Shown here one piece after another: positions 63,960 through 64,000 of a stretch of DNA of 64,000 nucleotides. The notes below the pieces were generated by a model. That model worked only from the letters and a program-made list of their open reading frames with translations. It made no database searches and was not told the DNA's origin. Location of the stretch: IMG/VR virus record IMGVR_UViG_3300012122_000001, positions 8,726-72,725 of that record. One strand, given 5' to 3'. Each line of letters opens with the position of its first letter. Position 1 is the stretch's first letter. This DNA is from a virus (taxonomy: Duplodnaviria > Caudoviricetes). The translations under genes and the position numbers were made by a program.

Positions 63960-64000
63960 CCACCCGATTCCGTTGAACGGTCCCGCGACGGCAGGCTTTG

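Noticed and set aside
1-64000. tRNA, rRNA, IS elements, alternative genetic code
   Set aside because: No cloverleaf, rRNA or transposase signature noticed by eye (tRNAscan not run); genes terminate normally at all three stop codons.

Overview
The window is part of a large (>64 kb), GC-rich (roughly two-thirds GC by eye) bacterial virus or provirus. It is most likely non-tailed, membrane-containing and built from jelly-roll capsid proteins; I recognise no terminase, portal, HK97 capsid or tail gene. Divergent sigma70-like promoters at ~580-671 split it into two blocks. The + strand block (678-33324) is an uninterrupted ~33-kb virion/late operon: a transglutaminase-like Cys-His-Asp enzyme, a 1213-aa mosaic protein punctuated by Asn-Pro (NP) motifs, a protamine-like Arg-rich core protein, single- and double-jelly-roll capsid candidates, duplicated spike/adhesin genes, a holin/lipoprotein cluster, many membrane-anchored proteins carrying G-[LMI]-G motifs, and then GT4, HExxH, Gp88-like and PAPS-reductase-like genes. 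The - strand block (33325-64000, plus a DinG helicase running off the left edge) is an early/accessory region: HNH, SprT-like, HerA-like ATPase, tyrosine recombinase, ThyX, three MazG-like proteins, an NDT-like protein, about 7 glycosyltransferases, 3 methyltransferase domains and many small Cys-rich ORFs. A secreted protein with a Planctomycetota-type architecture suggests a planctomycete host (inference). The best candidate for an undescribed system is a two-motif virion polyprotein/processing code: NP-delimited cargo modules and G-[LM]-G maturation sites, with two candidate proteases in the same operon. All family assignments come from motif recognition by eye; no database search or structure prediction was run.
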